Origin: Chrysomallon squamiferum
Taxonomy: Eukaryota; Animalia; Mollusca
Direction: 5' to 3'
Assembly (NCBI GenBank): GCA_012295275.1
Contig: CM022665.1
Span: 41,664,001-41,728,000, forward strand
DNA length: 64,000 nt
Positions 28,450 through 42,889 of this stretch are shown piece after piece. The stretch's first letter is position 1. The number at the start of each line of letters is the position of its first letter. The notes below the pieces were generated by a model. That model was not told where the DNA came from and did not search any database. It saw only the letters and a program-made list of their open reading frames with translations. The translations under genes and the position numbers were made by a program.

Positions 28450-29638
28450 TATTAAACAAACAAATAAAAGAAAAATGATAGATAAACCATAGCTTTAATA
28501 CATATACCTGGTCAGTCAACAATTTTATCAGTGACAAAGATGACATTGATTATTATTATTATTACTTTTTTTTAGCATTAAACTTGCATATATGCCTTTC
28601 TCTAATTTACTCATTTTATACCACTGTTATTCTTAATTCCGTATAAAACTATTTCCATTAACGTATACAAAATTTGTATGACTGACATTTTTAATAATAT
28701 TTCGCAGCGAAAACGTCACGCAAAAGAATCATAATTCTGAAAGACAAAGATTTCAAAGATGAAATTTTAAAAATAACAATAATAAAAATTAAAAAAAAAA
28801 AAAAAGAAAGAAAGGGGAAAAAAAAAAACAGAAGAAAAAAAGCCTAACCAGAAAGGTCTTCAAATCTTAAAGCAGTCACAGTACATGACAGATCGTGTAA
28901 AGTGGCATTCGGCTACAATTTCACGGGGATTAGATACTATCCGTGATTTGTTTTTAATGACCTCGGTTAATTAAAGCGAGCACGTGCGACTTTTAGTTTC
29001 AGATATCTTTACGACCTCCGACCTCACCTTCGACCTCGGTCCCTTTGTCCAATGATACTCACGAGCTGCGACGGGCGTTAAACCAATCCCGATTTGTTGC
29101 TCAGCGGCGGACGGATCATGTGACGTGACGTGTGCGGTCGCGCGTGACCTTAACATGTCAGCTAAGGGGAGAGTATCATATGTTATGACATTCCAGAAAT
29201 TTAAATCCAGTTTATAATTAAATCTGATTTCGTGAACATAACGCTTGTCAACAAAATTTCAGTGAGCACTACGCGTGGATAAATTTGAATTGTAAGATTA
29301 ATTTCTTACAGCAATCGATCAGCGGATCGATACAACTATTTAGCTGGACCAAACACAACATCATATCTGGTTAAAAGTATAATAAAATGAAAAGTAACTG
29401 TAATTAATAATAATTTTAAAAAAAAGTACAGTTTATGTATATTTATGATAACCATAGTTTGATAAGCATGTCATTGGTATTAAATTAAGTTAATGTTATT
29501 TTATTATTATTTTTTTTATTTTATTCTTAGATTATTTATTAGGTTTTTTTTAGCTTCATAAATCTATCCATCTGTCTGTGTGTGTGCGTGCGCGCGCATA
29601 TATATATATATATATCTATATCTATATCTATCTATCTA

Positions 29639-29675
<37 letters not shown>

Positions 29676-30384
29676 GTGTGTATGTATGTATGTGTGTATG
29701 CATGCATGTATGTATGCATTTGTGATAACGGATAGATGACTGGGTGCGTCTAATGTTTCTGAATTAAGCATTCAGTGCGAATGACTTCTATTTTATTTAT
29801 TCTTTGACAACAGCAACAACATCACTGTTTAAATAACATATTTTATAATTCTATTTCGTTATTACTCTGCATGTCAATCACATTTAAATCGACGTTTTAA
29901 AAAAATAATCTCTAGTAATAATTTCGAAATATAATAATTTTAAATGTTCTGTTACTAAACAAATATATATATATATATGGATATGGATATGAAAGAAACT
30001 AATGTTCCGTACCAGTAATCAATTTAAAATCATCAAGATAACTTAAAAGAACTTTGAATATGACAATAACATTCCTTCTTAAAAAAAATAATTTTTTTTT
30101 TTTTTTTTTTTTTTACTCGTTTTCTCAAAGTCATCAAGTGAGGAGCGACTGGGAGATAACCTTGCTCGAATTTCCATTATTCTAATCTATCTATCGTTGT
30201 TTCCACGTAGGTATATATATAGGTAAGAAACAGCTGACAACGTGAGAATCGTCTACAGATGTGTTTACTGTGAGAACCGATCGTGGGAAAGAATCGTTAA
30301 ATGTTCGGCCTGGTAACATTAAAGAAGGTTGATGGAAGCTGCATGATTTGTGTGGTGTGAGACCACAGTATTTTTTTTAAAACA

Positions 30385-30416
<32 letters not shown>

Positions 30417-30669
30417 GGAACGGGGATTCCCCACGGAAACAAGAGCTCCTGTTGTTTGACATGAAGCCGATGGTTGGGAAAGTAAATGGATGTTTACAGA
30501 GATCTGAGGTAGATAGCTTCGTCAGATATTTTCATGTTGTTTTCGGAAGACAAGTTTGCAATTTCCCTTAAGGTAGATTAAAAATGAATGTTTGCTTGTT
30601 TAACGACAGATCAACATATTTATCTGCTAACGTTTATTAACACGAGCGCTGAGGTTCCGATTATTCGTG

Positions 30670-31258
30670 TGTCTGGATGAAATGATGTCGGTGCGGTTTC
30701 GCTATATTGTATCTTCTTACTGTCGTATCTCGATCCAGCTCAGCTACGGTATCTGGATGGTACTACAATTAGCACGCTGCGCTGTATTACGTCTTAATAT
30801 TGTTGTATCATAGGTGGCAACACTACAACATTACACTGTACAGTGCAGTTGTCGTATTTTGATCCTGCTAGTCTGTAGTATCTGGATGGTACGACATTAG
30901 GAAAGTACATTCTATAGTATCTTCTTATTGCTGCTATATCTTGTTCTTGCTAGTCTGTTGTATCGGGTGGTACAACATTAGAAAGTTACATCATATAGCA
31001 GCTTCATATCTCTGTATCTTGTTCCTGGTGGTCTAACCTTTCTGAGTGGTACGACATTAATATGTTACACTGTATTGTATCCTCTACTCGTAACATGTTC
31101 CTATTTGTCTAAGATATGTGGGTGGTCCGATATTAGACGACTGCATTCTACAGTAACTTCTTGTTCAAACTGAACTAAGATATCTGAGTGGTACGACATT
31201 AGTATGTTACACTGTATTGTATCCTCTCGTTGTATCGTGTTCCTGTTGGATCTGGTGG
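30670..31258. repeat. diverged tandem repeat of about 65-80 bp, about 7 units
   Basis: Anchor GGTACGACATTAG-like at ~30759, 30888, 30969, 31048, 31124 and 31190, each followed by GTTACACTGTATTGTATC-like sequence. Confidence 0.8.
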
Positions 31259-31295
31259 AAAAAAAAAATTAAAAAAATATATAATAATGATATAA

Positions 31296-31342
<47 letters not shown>

Positions 31343-31712
31343 AATTAAATAAAATTATATATATATATATAAGGTTTCGAATTATTACAGAAACGCAAAA
31401 TTATCAGGTTTTAATTTAATTTCATTTCATTTTATTATAGTTTCAATAAAATGTAAGAGCATTTTTCTCATAAATTCTTTCCTATACATCAGTTAATCTC
31501 TGGCACGTCTTTTCCGTATCAAATTTCACTAACATAAATTAAGTGGCATTTGGCTTTCCTTTGTCACATAAAACCCTCAAATATTTGTATATAATTACAG
31601 TGCCTTATCTGCTTAAAAAACCCAACAAAAAAGCAAAACAATAATAATAATAATAAAATAAATAAATAAATAAATAATAATAAATAAATAAATAAATAAT
31701 AATAAATAAATA

Positions 31713-31797
<85 letters not shown>

Positions 31798-31861
31798 GTA
31801 AAATTCCATGGATTCCAGTAAGTTACGTCTGAACCAAATAATAAATTTAATGATGCACGGT

Positions 31862-32072
31862 GTAAGAAACGTCAGTCTGTTCCAACCGAATGCCAGTGTA
31901 TTATCCACAATTCCACCGTTGTAAGCCACCAATTACTTTGTTATTGTTACGCCAAACCCCCTTAAGTAACTATTATACAATGGCGTGTCTGTAACCAAAG
32001 ATAAATGATGACCAGTATAAGAAATGTCAGTCTATTTCAGCCGAATGCCAGTGTATTACCCATAATTCCAAC
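31862..32072. repeat. ~55-bp dispersed direct duplication
   Basis: TAAGAAACGTCAGTCTGTTCCAACCGAATGCCAGTGTATTATCCACAATTCCA vs TAAGAAATGTCAGTCTATTTCAGCCGAATGCCAGTGTATTACCCATAATTCCA, about 155 bp apart. Confidence 0.8.
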
Positions 32073-33334
32073 ACCTGACGTTCACGTGATGACACCTGGG
32101 CGTGCCACTGTTAACAGAACGCGCCTCGTTAATATATTTCAGATGGTGCCAACACAAGAATGATTCAACTACTTACGACAGCGTAATGACTTGTCTTGTC
32201 TGGAATTTATAAACATAGGTCTCTTGTTTGAATAACTTTATTAACTGACAGCAGTATTTCTCTAAATGTGTGTGTGTGTGTGTGTGCGTGTATGTGTGTG
32301 TGTGTGTGTGTGTTTGTATGTGTGCAGGTGTGTGTATATATGTACCTATGTACGTATGGCTGAGTATGTGCGTGCGTATATGTGTGTGAGTGCGTGTATT
32401 TGTATGTGTACAGGTATGTATGTACCGTATATCTGCGTGTGTGCGTGTGTGTATCTATGTATAGATGGATGTGTGCGTTAATGTATATGCATATACGTAT
32501 GTATATATGAATGTGTGCGTGCATATAAATATATACATTAATGTATTTACCTATAAACTGTTATTTGATTATATTAAAAATTCTTTATTATTTACTTTCC
32601 TAAATGTTTATTTTTAAGTATAAATGTTTGAGAGCGTATTGCTTTGAAATATTTAGTGTCAGCTGATACGAGCACGCACGAAAATACTAGACACATTTTA
32701 AAAATATTTCTTTTGTATATTTGTAGTTGAAAAGAACAAACATTCTAAGATAAAAAATAAAATTGCTGAAACAAAGAAACAGAATAAAAACAGACAGACA
32801 GAAATATGCAGACGTTTGTGCATTGGAATTAACGATAATCTATATATCATTACGTTGATGTATGCCTTAATTTACGCTTTGTCTACATACAAAGATAAAT
32901 TTTCTCTTTCATAAATACTCAGAGAAACTGGATTATTTACTCTCAAAATAATGACAGAATATTAAATATCAGCCGAAAAGATTATTTATCTAATAAATCT
33001 TAATTTTTTTCTTTCTTGTAGCGGAATGTGCGCCATTTTGCTTAGACTGGTTGGCAGTCCAGTGTTTGTTGATTCTGTTTCGAGTGTGTTTACAGAAAAT
33101 ACATACAGAAAACCAGTCGCAGGTGTTACCATGGTTTTTATGCCACTGTCTCTGCGGTAGCCAATATTTAGTCTGTATGTACGATTGTTTACATTGGAAG
33201 CGATTGTTAATGCAGTCGTTGTCATTCAATTGGCAGTAACGGTTTTGAAACTGTAGCTAACAAATGTATAAAATACGGTGTTTTTTTTCAGCTGTGTTAC
33301 ATAAAATACTTTTATTAATAATAATGAAATAAAT

Positions 33335-33720
33335 ATTACTGCTGCTGCTGCTGCTACTACTACTAGTACTGCTATTACTACTACTACTACAGCTACTACT
33401 ACTACTACGACAGTTACTACTACTACTACTACTACTTCTACTGCTGCTACTACTACTACTACTAGTTACTACTACTACTATTACTACTGCCAATGCTACT
33501 ACAACTACTGTTGCTGCTGCTGCTTTTACTACTACTACTACAGTTACTACTACTACTGCTACTACTACTACAACTACAACTACTGTTGCTGCTGCTTTTA
33601 CTACTACTACTTCTACTACAGCTGCTACGACTACTACTATTACTACTGCAACTAGTAGTAATACTACTTCAATTACTTTTACAGTTGCTGCTTCTTCTGT
33701 TGTTGCTAACTCTACTACTA
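33335..33720. repeat. degenerate (ACT/GCT)n array
   Basis: Directly visible; explains the poly-Leu and poly-Ser ORFs. Confidence 0.95.
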
Positions 33721-33874
33721 GTCAGTTAAGTCATAACAAATAAATAAATAAGTAAATGAATGAATGAATAAACAAATAAATAAATATGTATTAAGGTCTA
33801 ATCATTATATCTCTTACTAGGTATTAAGAAATAAAAAATGATCGCTCTTTTAATGTGTATTAGTTACAAATAAC

Positions 33875-33942
<68 letters not shown>

Positions 33943-34042
33943 TGATGATGATGATAAATACTACTATAACAATTACAGCTACGTGTATTATTACTACTGC
34001 TCCTAGTATCACTGACAATAGTTAATGTTACTGCTGTTGTTG

Positions 34043-34080
<38 letters not shown>

Positions 34081-34420
34081 AATACTAACAACAAAAACAA
34101 TACTAAAACTACTGATTCCAAAGCTAACGGTAATAAAACAACATAAATGGTGTAACGCAATTAGCCGAAGACGTTTGTGTCAACTTTGAAATTTATGTCT
34201 TGGAAGATCGCAGTAAACATCTCACAAATGGGTTAAACGTTTTCACGCGCGCCTAGGAAATGCATGTGCACCGAGAGGCCGTCTTTGTACTAATAAGTAC
34301 GTAGAAAAAAAGAAATATTTTGGCAGTGTCATAAAGTTCTTTTGTTTTCCAGTCGTAGCTTCAGGAAGACACAATGCCAAAAAACATTTTACGAAACTAT
34401 GGCGCAGGACCGTATCGTTT

Positions 34421-34473
<53 letters not shown>

Positions 34474-34706
34474 TATTTTCTGTTTTGTTTTGTTCTTTTT
34501 CACCAATGTCGTCCTTTGTTATAATTATTATTAATTGTTGTTAGTGTTGCTTTTATTAACGATGATGACGGTGGTCGTAATAATAATAATAATAATGATG
34601 ATGATGATGATGATGATGATGATAATAATAATAATAATAATAAAATAATAATAATAATAATAATAATATAATAATAATAAACTGGCCCTCAACTTAACAT
34701 AATTCT

Positions 34707-34753
<47 letters not shown>

Positions 34754-36074
34754 AATTTTTTTCTTAAAGCTCACAACCACATGAATTAATCATTAAATCG
34801 TTCATGCATCCTCCCTCCCCACCTACCACCACCCCTTCTGCTCGGACGTGACTTCTAACCAAGGAAGTAGTCCACAGAACCTGCTCGTTTGTTCTACAAG
34901 TAACATGACCGACGTTCACACGTGTTTATCTTGCGTGAGGCTGTTGAATGAGTCACGCGAATCTTACGGCACCACGCTGGGATGTTTGGGGAAACTAGGA
35001 AGAGAAGATAACTCCAACCGCGGTTTGAGAACCAGCGTTAAGATCCGCGAGCGAGATAACGCTTCGCGACAACGCCAAATTACTGCGCAATCAAAATTGC
35101 GGGTTTTGCACGTGAGACTGACGTTTTGACCTGGGAAATGCCTATCGATGACGTTTTGTCGTTGTAGCTTGAACACAGTGATGAATAAGGACAATAACTT
35201 TATAACGTACGGGCAATTTGTCACAGTGTTGTAATTCAAGTTTTTGAAGAAAAAAAAAAAAGGAAATAAAAATAAAAATCCAAACATAGTTCTTGTTTAA
35301 ATTTTTAAAATGAATAATTAGCAGAACCACCTGGTGTGCTTATTAATGCGTGTCAAATGACGGATGCAGTCATGCATGCACCTGCTTAACGACCGATGAT
35401 GTATTTATTATGAACTAGTTGGATAACGAGTGTTTTGTAGCAAACAAACAAATTCATAAATCTTTCCTAAATGTCGTGTGATTATTTGGTCAGATATTGT
35501 AAATGAAATTTAATGCGACCATCACAAACAGTAATAGTATGTCGAAAGACAACAATTAATAAGATCAGTAACAAGAAAGCAACAGTAATAGTAATAATAA
35601 TAAATTATTTAATAATAATAATAATAATAATAATAAAAAGAAGAAGGCGCAGAACAAAAACAACGAAAACACGAGAACAATGGCATCAATAAATAAATAC
35701 AGAAGGTAGATCACTAAACAGTTGAATATCACTTACCTAATTAAAATTTCATGGAAAAAAATAGTAGTTTTAAAGTGCAGCTAGTGGCATATAATAAAAA
35801 TATTCTTAATCTTCAACTTATTATTTTATTGTTTTGTCGGGGACATGACATCGCTCCTAATACTTTTACTAAACGTATGAGCGTTGCCTTTTCACTTCTT
35901 GACAACTGGTGTCGTGTCGTGACGTCATTGCGTACATGGTGGGCTTCTGTGAACTTTTTTCTGACAATGTTAAAGAAATTTTAAAGCAAATCGTCCTTTC
36001 TGCATATGATGGCGACTTCCAGATAGTTTGCAACTTTCTGTTGTTGTTATAATTAATTAAAACTTGAACGGAAG

Positions 36075-36156
<82 letters not shown>

Positions 36157-37015
36157 CAACAACAACAACAACAACAACAATATTTTGACAACTTCAGTGC
36201 ATCAGTAAAAATATTCTTTAATTCGTATGTTTCTTTCTAGCCCGAGCTAAAATATCTTATCTGCATATATTCATATACAGTTTAAATTAATAAATTATTA
36301 TTAGTGTTTTTCTATTTTTGAACAGATAATTTTTAATTAACAAGTAAATTATACGTGTGCAGGTGCGTGCATAATACGTAAATCTCTGTGTGTCTTTAAT
36401 TTTTTTTTTTTTTTTTTTTTTCCTGTTGAGTGTGTATAACATTTAAAGGTTGCGAAACACGACTGGTATGGAAGTGAAAGATATAAATTTGTAACTGTCA
36501 GCAAGACGAACTTTCGTACACAGTCAATTTCATACCTCCCACGTCGAAGAGCTACCGACCAAGATTACATTACTCTAGCAATTGTCAGAAGAGTTACTGT
36601 ATTCGCTGTAGATTGTTCCTTAGATGCAAGACTACAAGTGTGGTCTAAAGTAATCAAATATTATTTGTATATTTTTAAAGACCTCCAGTTAAGTTAGGTC
36701 GTTAATCGAGCTGTCAGAAGGCAGAGTGATAATAGGCAACAATAAGGAATAGCGCGTGCGGCAAATAAAAACATCTTATTGAATTATGAAATCACAGCGG
36801 GTCGTTGGTCTAATCTTACACAGAGATATTCTGTTTTGCTTTTATTCGTTCTTGCATTCTTAAAGACTGTTTTCTTGCATCCTTTTCTTTCCTTTTTGCT
36901 CTTTTTACTTTCTTTCCTTTCGTTGATTATTTTATCCGTTTTGCAGGTTTCTGAAATGTCAGTTGTTTTTAAAATTATTTTTCCATTTTTTAATTTTTTG
37001 GACTGACTATCTATT

Positions 37016-37046
<31 letters not shown>

Positions 37047-37157
37047 TCTTTCTTTCTTTCTTTGAAGCTATGCACATTTTACTTATGTATATTTCTTATA
37101 ATATATACATTTTTCTTTTGTTCGTTTGTTGAAGACACATTTTAAAATTCTTGCACG

Positions 37158-37200
<43 letters not shown>

Positions 37201-38263
37201 TTATGTTCTTTCAGTTCACAATTTTTCATTATATCTTTTGTCAGAAGACTGATCTGTCGATTTCGGAACTTACTAAACGCAATCAGTTTTTATAATTTAA
37301 AAAATGGGGGGGGCGTTTTATCTGTTCATCATCTATTTTTAAACGCCTGGCTAATAATGCTTATAATTTTCAAATTCATAAAAAGAAAAAAGTTGTCTTA
37401 ATTATTGTTTCGATATTTATCAGTCAAAAAGTAAATGACGTAAAAACGTAGCTGAAAGCAAAAATGTTATTAAAAAAACTAAGAAGAAAATAAGTAATTT
37501 AAAACATAATTAATTACATTAAAGACAAACTTCTTTATTTAATTAACTCAAATTATTTTCTTCCTTTATCGCCTTTTCTTGGTTTTTTTTATTTTTTTTT
37601 TGGTTTTTTTCTGCAATAGCCAATAATGAATGTTTTATTTACAAGTTAACAATAAATAATCAGCAGTTAGTATTTCACTCCACGCATCTCCATTGAACTA
37701 ACCAACGCCAGTAATTAAAAGAAGTCTTTCGAATCAACATGACTGCAAACTTCAAGCTATCGAAGAACCACTTATCAGTCGGCTGTGACCGGGGGTCGCA
37801 TGGAATTGTGGGATAAGATGACCCCTCATGTCAATCGCCGATCTCTTCAAATCGGGTCGTACGAGATCATGTCGGTACTTAACGGGATTTGCTTTTGTTT
37901 GTTCGTGGGTTCTCGGTTATCTTCGACACTGAGCGACAGGCGTCAGGAAAGCGCCCGTCGTGTTTGTGTTGGTTCGCTGCAGTTGTTTTTACACTGACAC
38001 CTTTGTTTTAGCAGGTTTTGTGGGCCTGCACGTGTTGCACGCGCACACTCCGTCACCGAGCGTTTATGTTTGAATTGGGCTAGGTGTTAAAAAGCGATTT
38101 AATTAATTTGAAGTGGTGTTCTGTTTTAAAAGAAAGAAGCAGAGAAAGGAATGGTCCGTGTCAAGTGTGAAAATTTCTAATGTTTTGACTGTTACTTGTC
38201 TTAAACAGTATATTGACGTTGAAGCGAGATATAAATGTAAATGAATAAATGATTGAGTGCTGA

Positions 38264-38294
<31 letters not shown>

Positions 38295-38775
38295 AAGCGT
38301 AATGATTATTTTCGATGTTTTTGGTTTGCATTAAAAACAACAGGAATAAACAGATAAATAAATAAATAAATAAAACATATTATAGTATTGTTGAGTTTAT
38401 ATGATTGAAATAAAACCAAAATATGATTTGATGACTTTTCAGTACACAAATCTATTTATATTATATTATATTATATTATATTCCGATTTCTCTTACATTA
38501 ATGAAGATGCTAACAGTTAATTAAATTATATAACAGAAAGAATCCAGAAAATGTTGATTGTATTCTCTTTAACACAAAATAAAATTAAAATAAACACGAT
38601 TGATATAAATAATTCTTCCAATTAAATTTTCATCTTAGTGCATAATATTTCACTGAATGTAAGCCCTATCTATAATAATATTTTTAAAATTTATCTCATT
38701 TATTTATTATTATTTTATTATTATTTTTTCTTTTTAATCCGATTCACCCCTTAACGTTAATTAATTAATTAATTA

Positions 38776-38812
<37 letters not shown>

Positions 38813-39181
38813 AATTTTTGTTGTTTTTATTATTCCTGTTGTTGTTTTTTTTTTTTTTTTTCTTTTTCTTTTTCTTTATTATTATCATTATCATCATTAT
38901 CTTAATCATCATCATTAATATTATTTATTTATTTATTTATTTATTCTTCAGTATATACTTTCCTACTCCGGTATCTTGAAAATTCTCTTTCGTCAGTTTG
39001 CATAAATATAATTATTATCTGACACTGATGATGTGCGGTTCACGGTTTTATCAAAACATCTAAACAACTGTCTTCTTCGATGCCATAATGAACATTATAT
39101 CTGAAACACGAATGTAAATTAGATTCTGTCGTATACAACATATGGGTGATGATTTTTTTTGTCACTCTCATTCATCATTAA

Positions 39182-39400
39182 TCACGTGCAGTTAATCACG
39201 TGATAGTTCATCTCTTTCAACAATTACATCCAGGTGGACACGGCATATGAGAAAGATTTTTATCTAATTATCAAAAGTGCCACTGCTATCAATATCACGA
39301 TGGAAACAAAACGTGTGGCTTTGGTCTTTGTACCTCAGTAACAGTTAACTTTCTTTTTTTTTTTTTCCTTTTATTCAGTTATTTATCTTTAATTTATTAC

Positions 39401-39451
<51 letters not shown>

Positions 39452-39707
39452 ATATCTGTTATCTTCTTATCTTTCATTCTGTTTTTTCTTTCGTTCCACA
39501 TTCTTTTTTCCTTTTCTTTGTTTGTTTCTTTTCTTTTCTAACGCTTATTTGTTTTTGTTTTCTTTCTTGCTAATGCTTTTTTATTATTATTAATTTTTTT
39601 TTATTTGCAGTCTTTATTTGATCGATTATTAAAGGGAATTTAAGAAGCAAATTCTGGATTTTGTTGTAATATAGTACAAGGGACGTAACTCGCTTTGAAC
39701 TAAAAAG

Positions 39708-39752
<45 letters not shown>

Positions 39753-40127
39753 GAAGAAAAATATCAATAAAAAGAGTTGATTATTTTATTAATTTAGTTT
39801 AAAAAGTTAATATCCATGAAAGCAAACCAATCCACTTTTTAAGGATATTGACATTGTTGGTGGGTTTTTTTCTAATTTATCTTCTTTTCTTTTTTTTTTG
39901 TTCTTCCCCATCCCTTTATTTATTTATTTTTTTTTTTTTTATTTTTTTGTAATATGTAATGAATTATTTTGAGAATAGCTTTTTGGACAGTACTTTTGTT
40001 GTTAATTATTGACTTATTAATAATAATAATAATGAAAATACATATTGCTTTCAAGTGAAATTAAACACTGGCGCCTTTTCAGTGACCACATTGACAGCTA
40101 TTCTGAAAAATGGCGAGATCACGTGAT
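39182..40127. promoter_or_regulatory. E-box (TCACGTG) cluster plus YY1-like AAAATGGCG upstream of Rab4
   Basis: TCACGTG at 39182; ATCACGTGAT palindromes at 39195-39204 and 40118-40127; AAAATGGCG at 40107-40115. Confidence 0.4.
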
Positions 40128-40379
40128 ACTGCACACGAAAGTCGACGATTTCAAACTGTCATTTCACAGCGCGACGTATAACTCTGAAATTTAACCCTAT
40201 TCCACTGAGCACTCAGTATTTTATAGCATTGTCTGATGTAGAAATAGTTAACTTGAAATGCAAAATGGAAAGTGTTCCCAAGTTAATTCATTTGGTCGTT
40301 CCTTAAAAAATAAAATAAAATAAAATAAAATAAAATATAACAAAAATGATTGCGATCAAAATTTAGAAGACTTCGAAAA

Positions 40380-40438
<59 letters not shown>

Positions 40439-40658
40439 TACATACATACATATATATCAAAAGCACATGGAGATTAACATACATACTGACGCAACATAGC
40501 ATAATGGCACTTTGTGCAATTATGCATCAATGCATACATGAGATGTAGTGTAATATAATAATATACACCTATAATAATAATAAAGCAAATTATTAAATCC
40601 TTTCCATACACAGCTTCCATGAATTATTACATAAAAATTCGGTATATATAAAGATAAA

Positions 40659-40711
<53 letters not shown>

Positions 40712-40979
40712 ATACATATAGAACATTATTTTGAACCGTCTAAATTTTCTCCCAAGTTATTCTTTTATTTTTTACTTTTCGGCTGGACATAGGCATTGGA
40801 TAAAACATGCATATTAATGATGACGAGATTTATTTTTAATTATAATAAAATAACTTATGATATTAAATTCTGGAAAGAAACTAAACATTTAATAATCAAA
40901 TATATTTTGAAATCGTTAACCACTTCATAAAAACATTTTAAAAATTAATCATCCCAGTGAAAGCCTCATTTTTCTTTCA

Positions 40980-41089
40980 GCTGTACGCGTGCAACAGAAA
41001 TAAATAGAACCAGTCTATCGTCAATCAGCTGACGGCCATTTTGGAGGAAGTGCTAAAAAGAAAGCATTTTCTCGTAAAATCAAATCAAA
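40980..41089 (+). promoter_or_regulatory. Rab4 core promoter/5'UTR with YY1-like motif
   Basis: TCAGCTGA palindrome followed by CGGCCATTTTGG (reverse YY1 consensus AAAATGGC) at 41033-41044, about 50 nt before the ATG. Confidence 0.5.
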
Positions 41090-41105
41090 ATGTCTGAATC
41101 TTACG
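41090..41105 (+). CDS. RAB4: Rab4 coding exon 1 (MSESY+G)
   Basis: aaaATGTCTGAATCTTACG|gtaggt; matches the Rab4 N-terminus MSE(T/S)YD; phase-1 join to exon 2 gives GAT (D). Confidence 0.88.
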
Positions 41106-41841
41106 GTAGGTATCAGTTACATATTTTAACAGTATTAATAGTACTCATTATTGTTGTTTAATTTAACATTCTAGTTTTAAAAAAGTGATTGTTTTACTTT
41201 ATATTTTATCCTTTAAAAGACTTAATTACGATCAATTTAATTATAACATACAATTAAATAGATAAACAAAACAAGATGATTGAACTGTGAAAATTATATT
41301 CCGATTAAACTTTGTTAATTATAAACATCAGCAAAGATGTTTGAAAAAAGAAATGTTTGTGTATATTTTACCAATAATTATTATAATTATTACTGAAACT
41401 TGCTTGGTTGTAAATTCAAATTGTAATCCGAAGTATTACCATTTACCTGGTAAAATCAATAATTAATATTAATAAGTAGGTATGTTAGCAAAATGTTCAG
41501 AAGTTAGAAAGCGTTTGGAAACCCCTTTAAAATGATACCAAGATCAAGTAAATATGTTGAATATTAAGGAAGTAACAATAACAGTAGTTTCAAAGCCTGC
41601 AATAGTTGAATAGATTCCTATTTAAAACAATAAAGCTTTGTGACCGAAAACTGCTACATTTTAATTTTTTTTTTTTTTTTCTGGGCAAAACCTAACAATG
41701 GAAAAAAAGAACAAAACAAATTATGAACTGCAAAAATTAAACAAGAAAATATTGAAATAATGCATTTTAAGAACAACACATTATGTAGTTACCTAGTCAG
41801 ATAAGATGGTCAAACATATTTTGATATAGGAACATTGCCAC

Positions 41842-41888
<47 letters not shown>

Positions 41889-42019
41889 GCAATTAATATA
41901 CTTAAAAGTTTTAATTTTATTTCTGCACCAAAAAAGTTGCACAGCAGTGTCAGATTTAAATGTTACCAATGTGATTGTTTTTTTAATTTTTTTTTTTTTT
42001 TAATTTTAATTTTTTTCAG

Positions 42020-42100
42020 ATTTTCTTTTCAAGTTCCTGGTAATTGGAAGTGCTGGTACAGGGAAGTCCTGTATACTTCACCAGTTTATTGAAAGCAAAT
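42020..42100 (+). CDS. RAB4: Rab4 exon 2 (P-loop GSAGTGKS)
   Basis: ttttttcag|ATTTTCTTTTCAAG...AGCAAAT|gtaagt; encodes [27 protein letters not shown]. Confidence 0.96.
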
Positions 42101-42625
42101 GTAAGTGCATAAAAACAAAAAAAACAAATATATATATATATATATATATATTAATAAATAAAAAATAAAATAAATTTAATAAAGTTTAAAGATATATTTT
42201 GAATATTAATGTTTTATTTTTGTATAATGAATTAGCAGTTTATTTTTTGTATATATCTGTGTATGTATGTGTTTGAATGTTGTATGTTTGTGTGTGAGTG
42301 TTGGTTTCTGTCCTATAAATTATAATAAAATGAAAAATAAATAGATACGGCTGCTAACTATTAAACAGTCAGTTCTGTGACACTGTTATTATTGCTGTAA
42401 TTATGTAGTGCTTTGGAACAGATTATACATAAACAATTTTCCACTGTTAATTTTCTTAAATTTGTCACATGACCAACAAATACATGTTGTTAAAATTCAA
42501 AGTTTCTTCTTTGTACAATTAATCTGTTAATGAACAACAAAAAAAAAAAAAAAAAAAAATAAAAAAATAAAAAAAATAAACAAAATAAAAGAATAAATAT
42601 AAAAAAAGAATTAATAAATAAATAA

Positions 42626-42889
<264 letters not shown>

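Noticed and set aside
30670-31258. CRISPR-like repeat/spacer array
   Set aside because: The 'spacers' are homologous to one another, the repeats are degenerate, no cas genes are present and the context is eukaryotic; the same applies to the arrays at 9788 and 63810.
34848-35287. 93-aa and 107-aa ORFs in a CpG-rich island
   Set aside because: No recognisable similarity or convincing splice sites; more likely regulatory DNA (contains AP-1 TGAGTCA).
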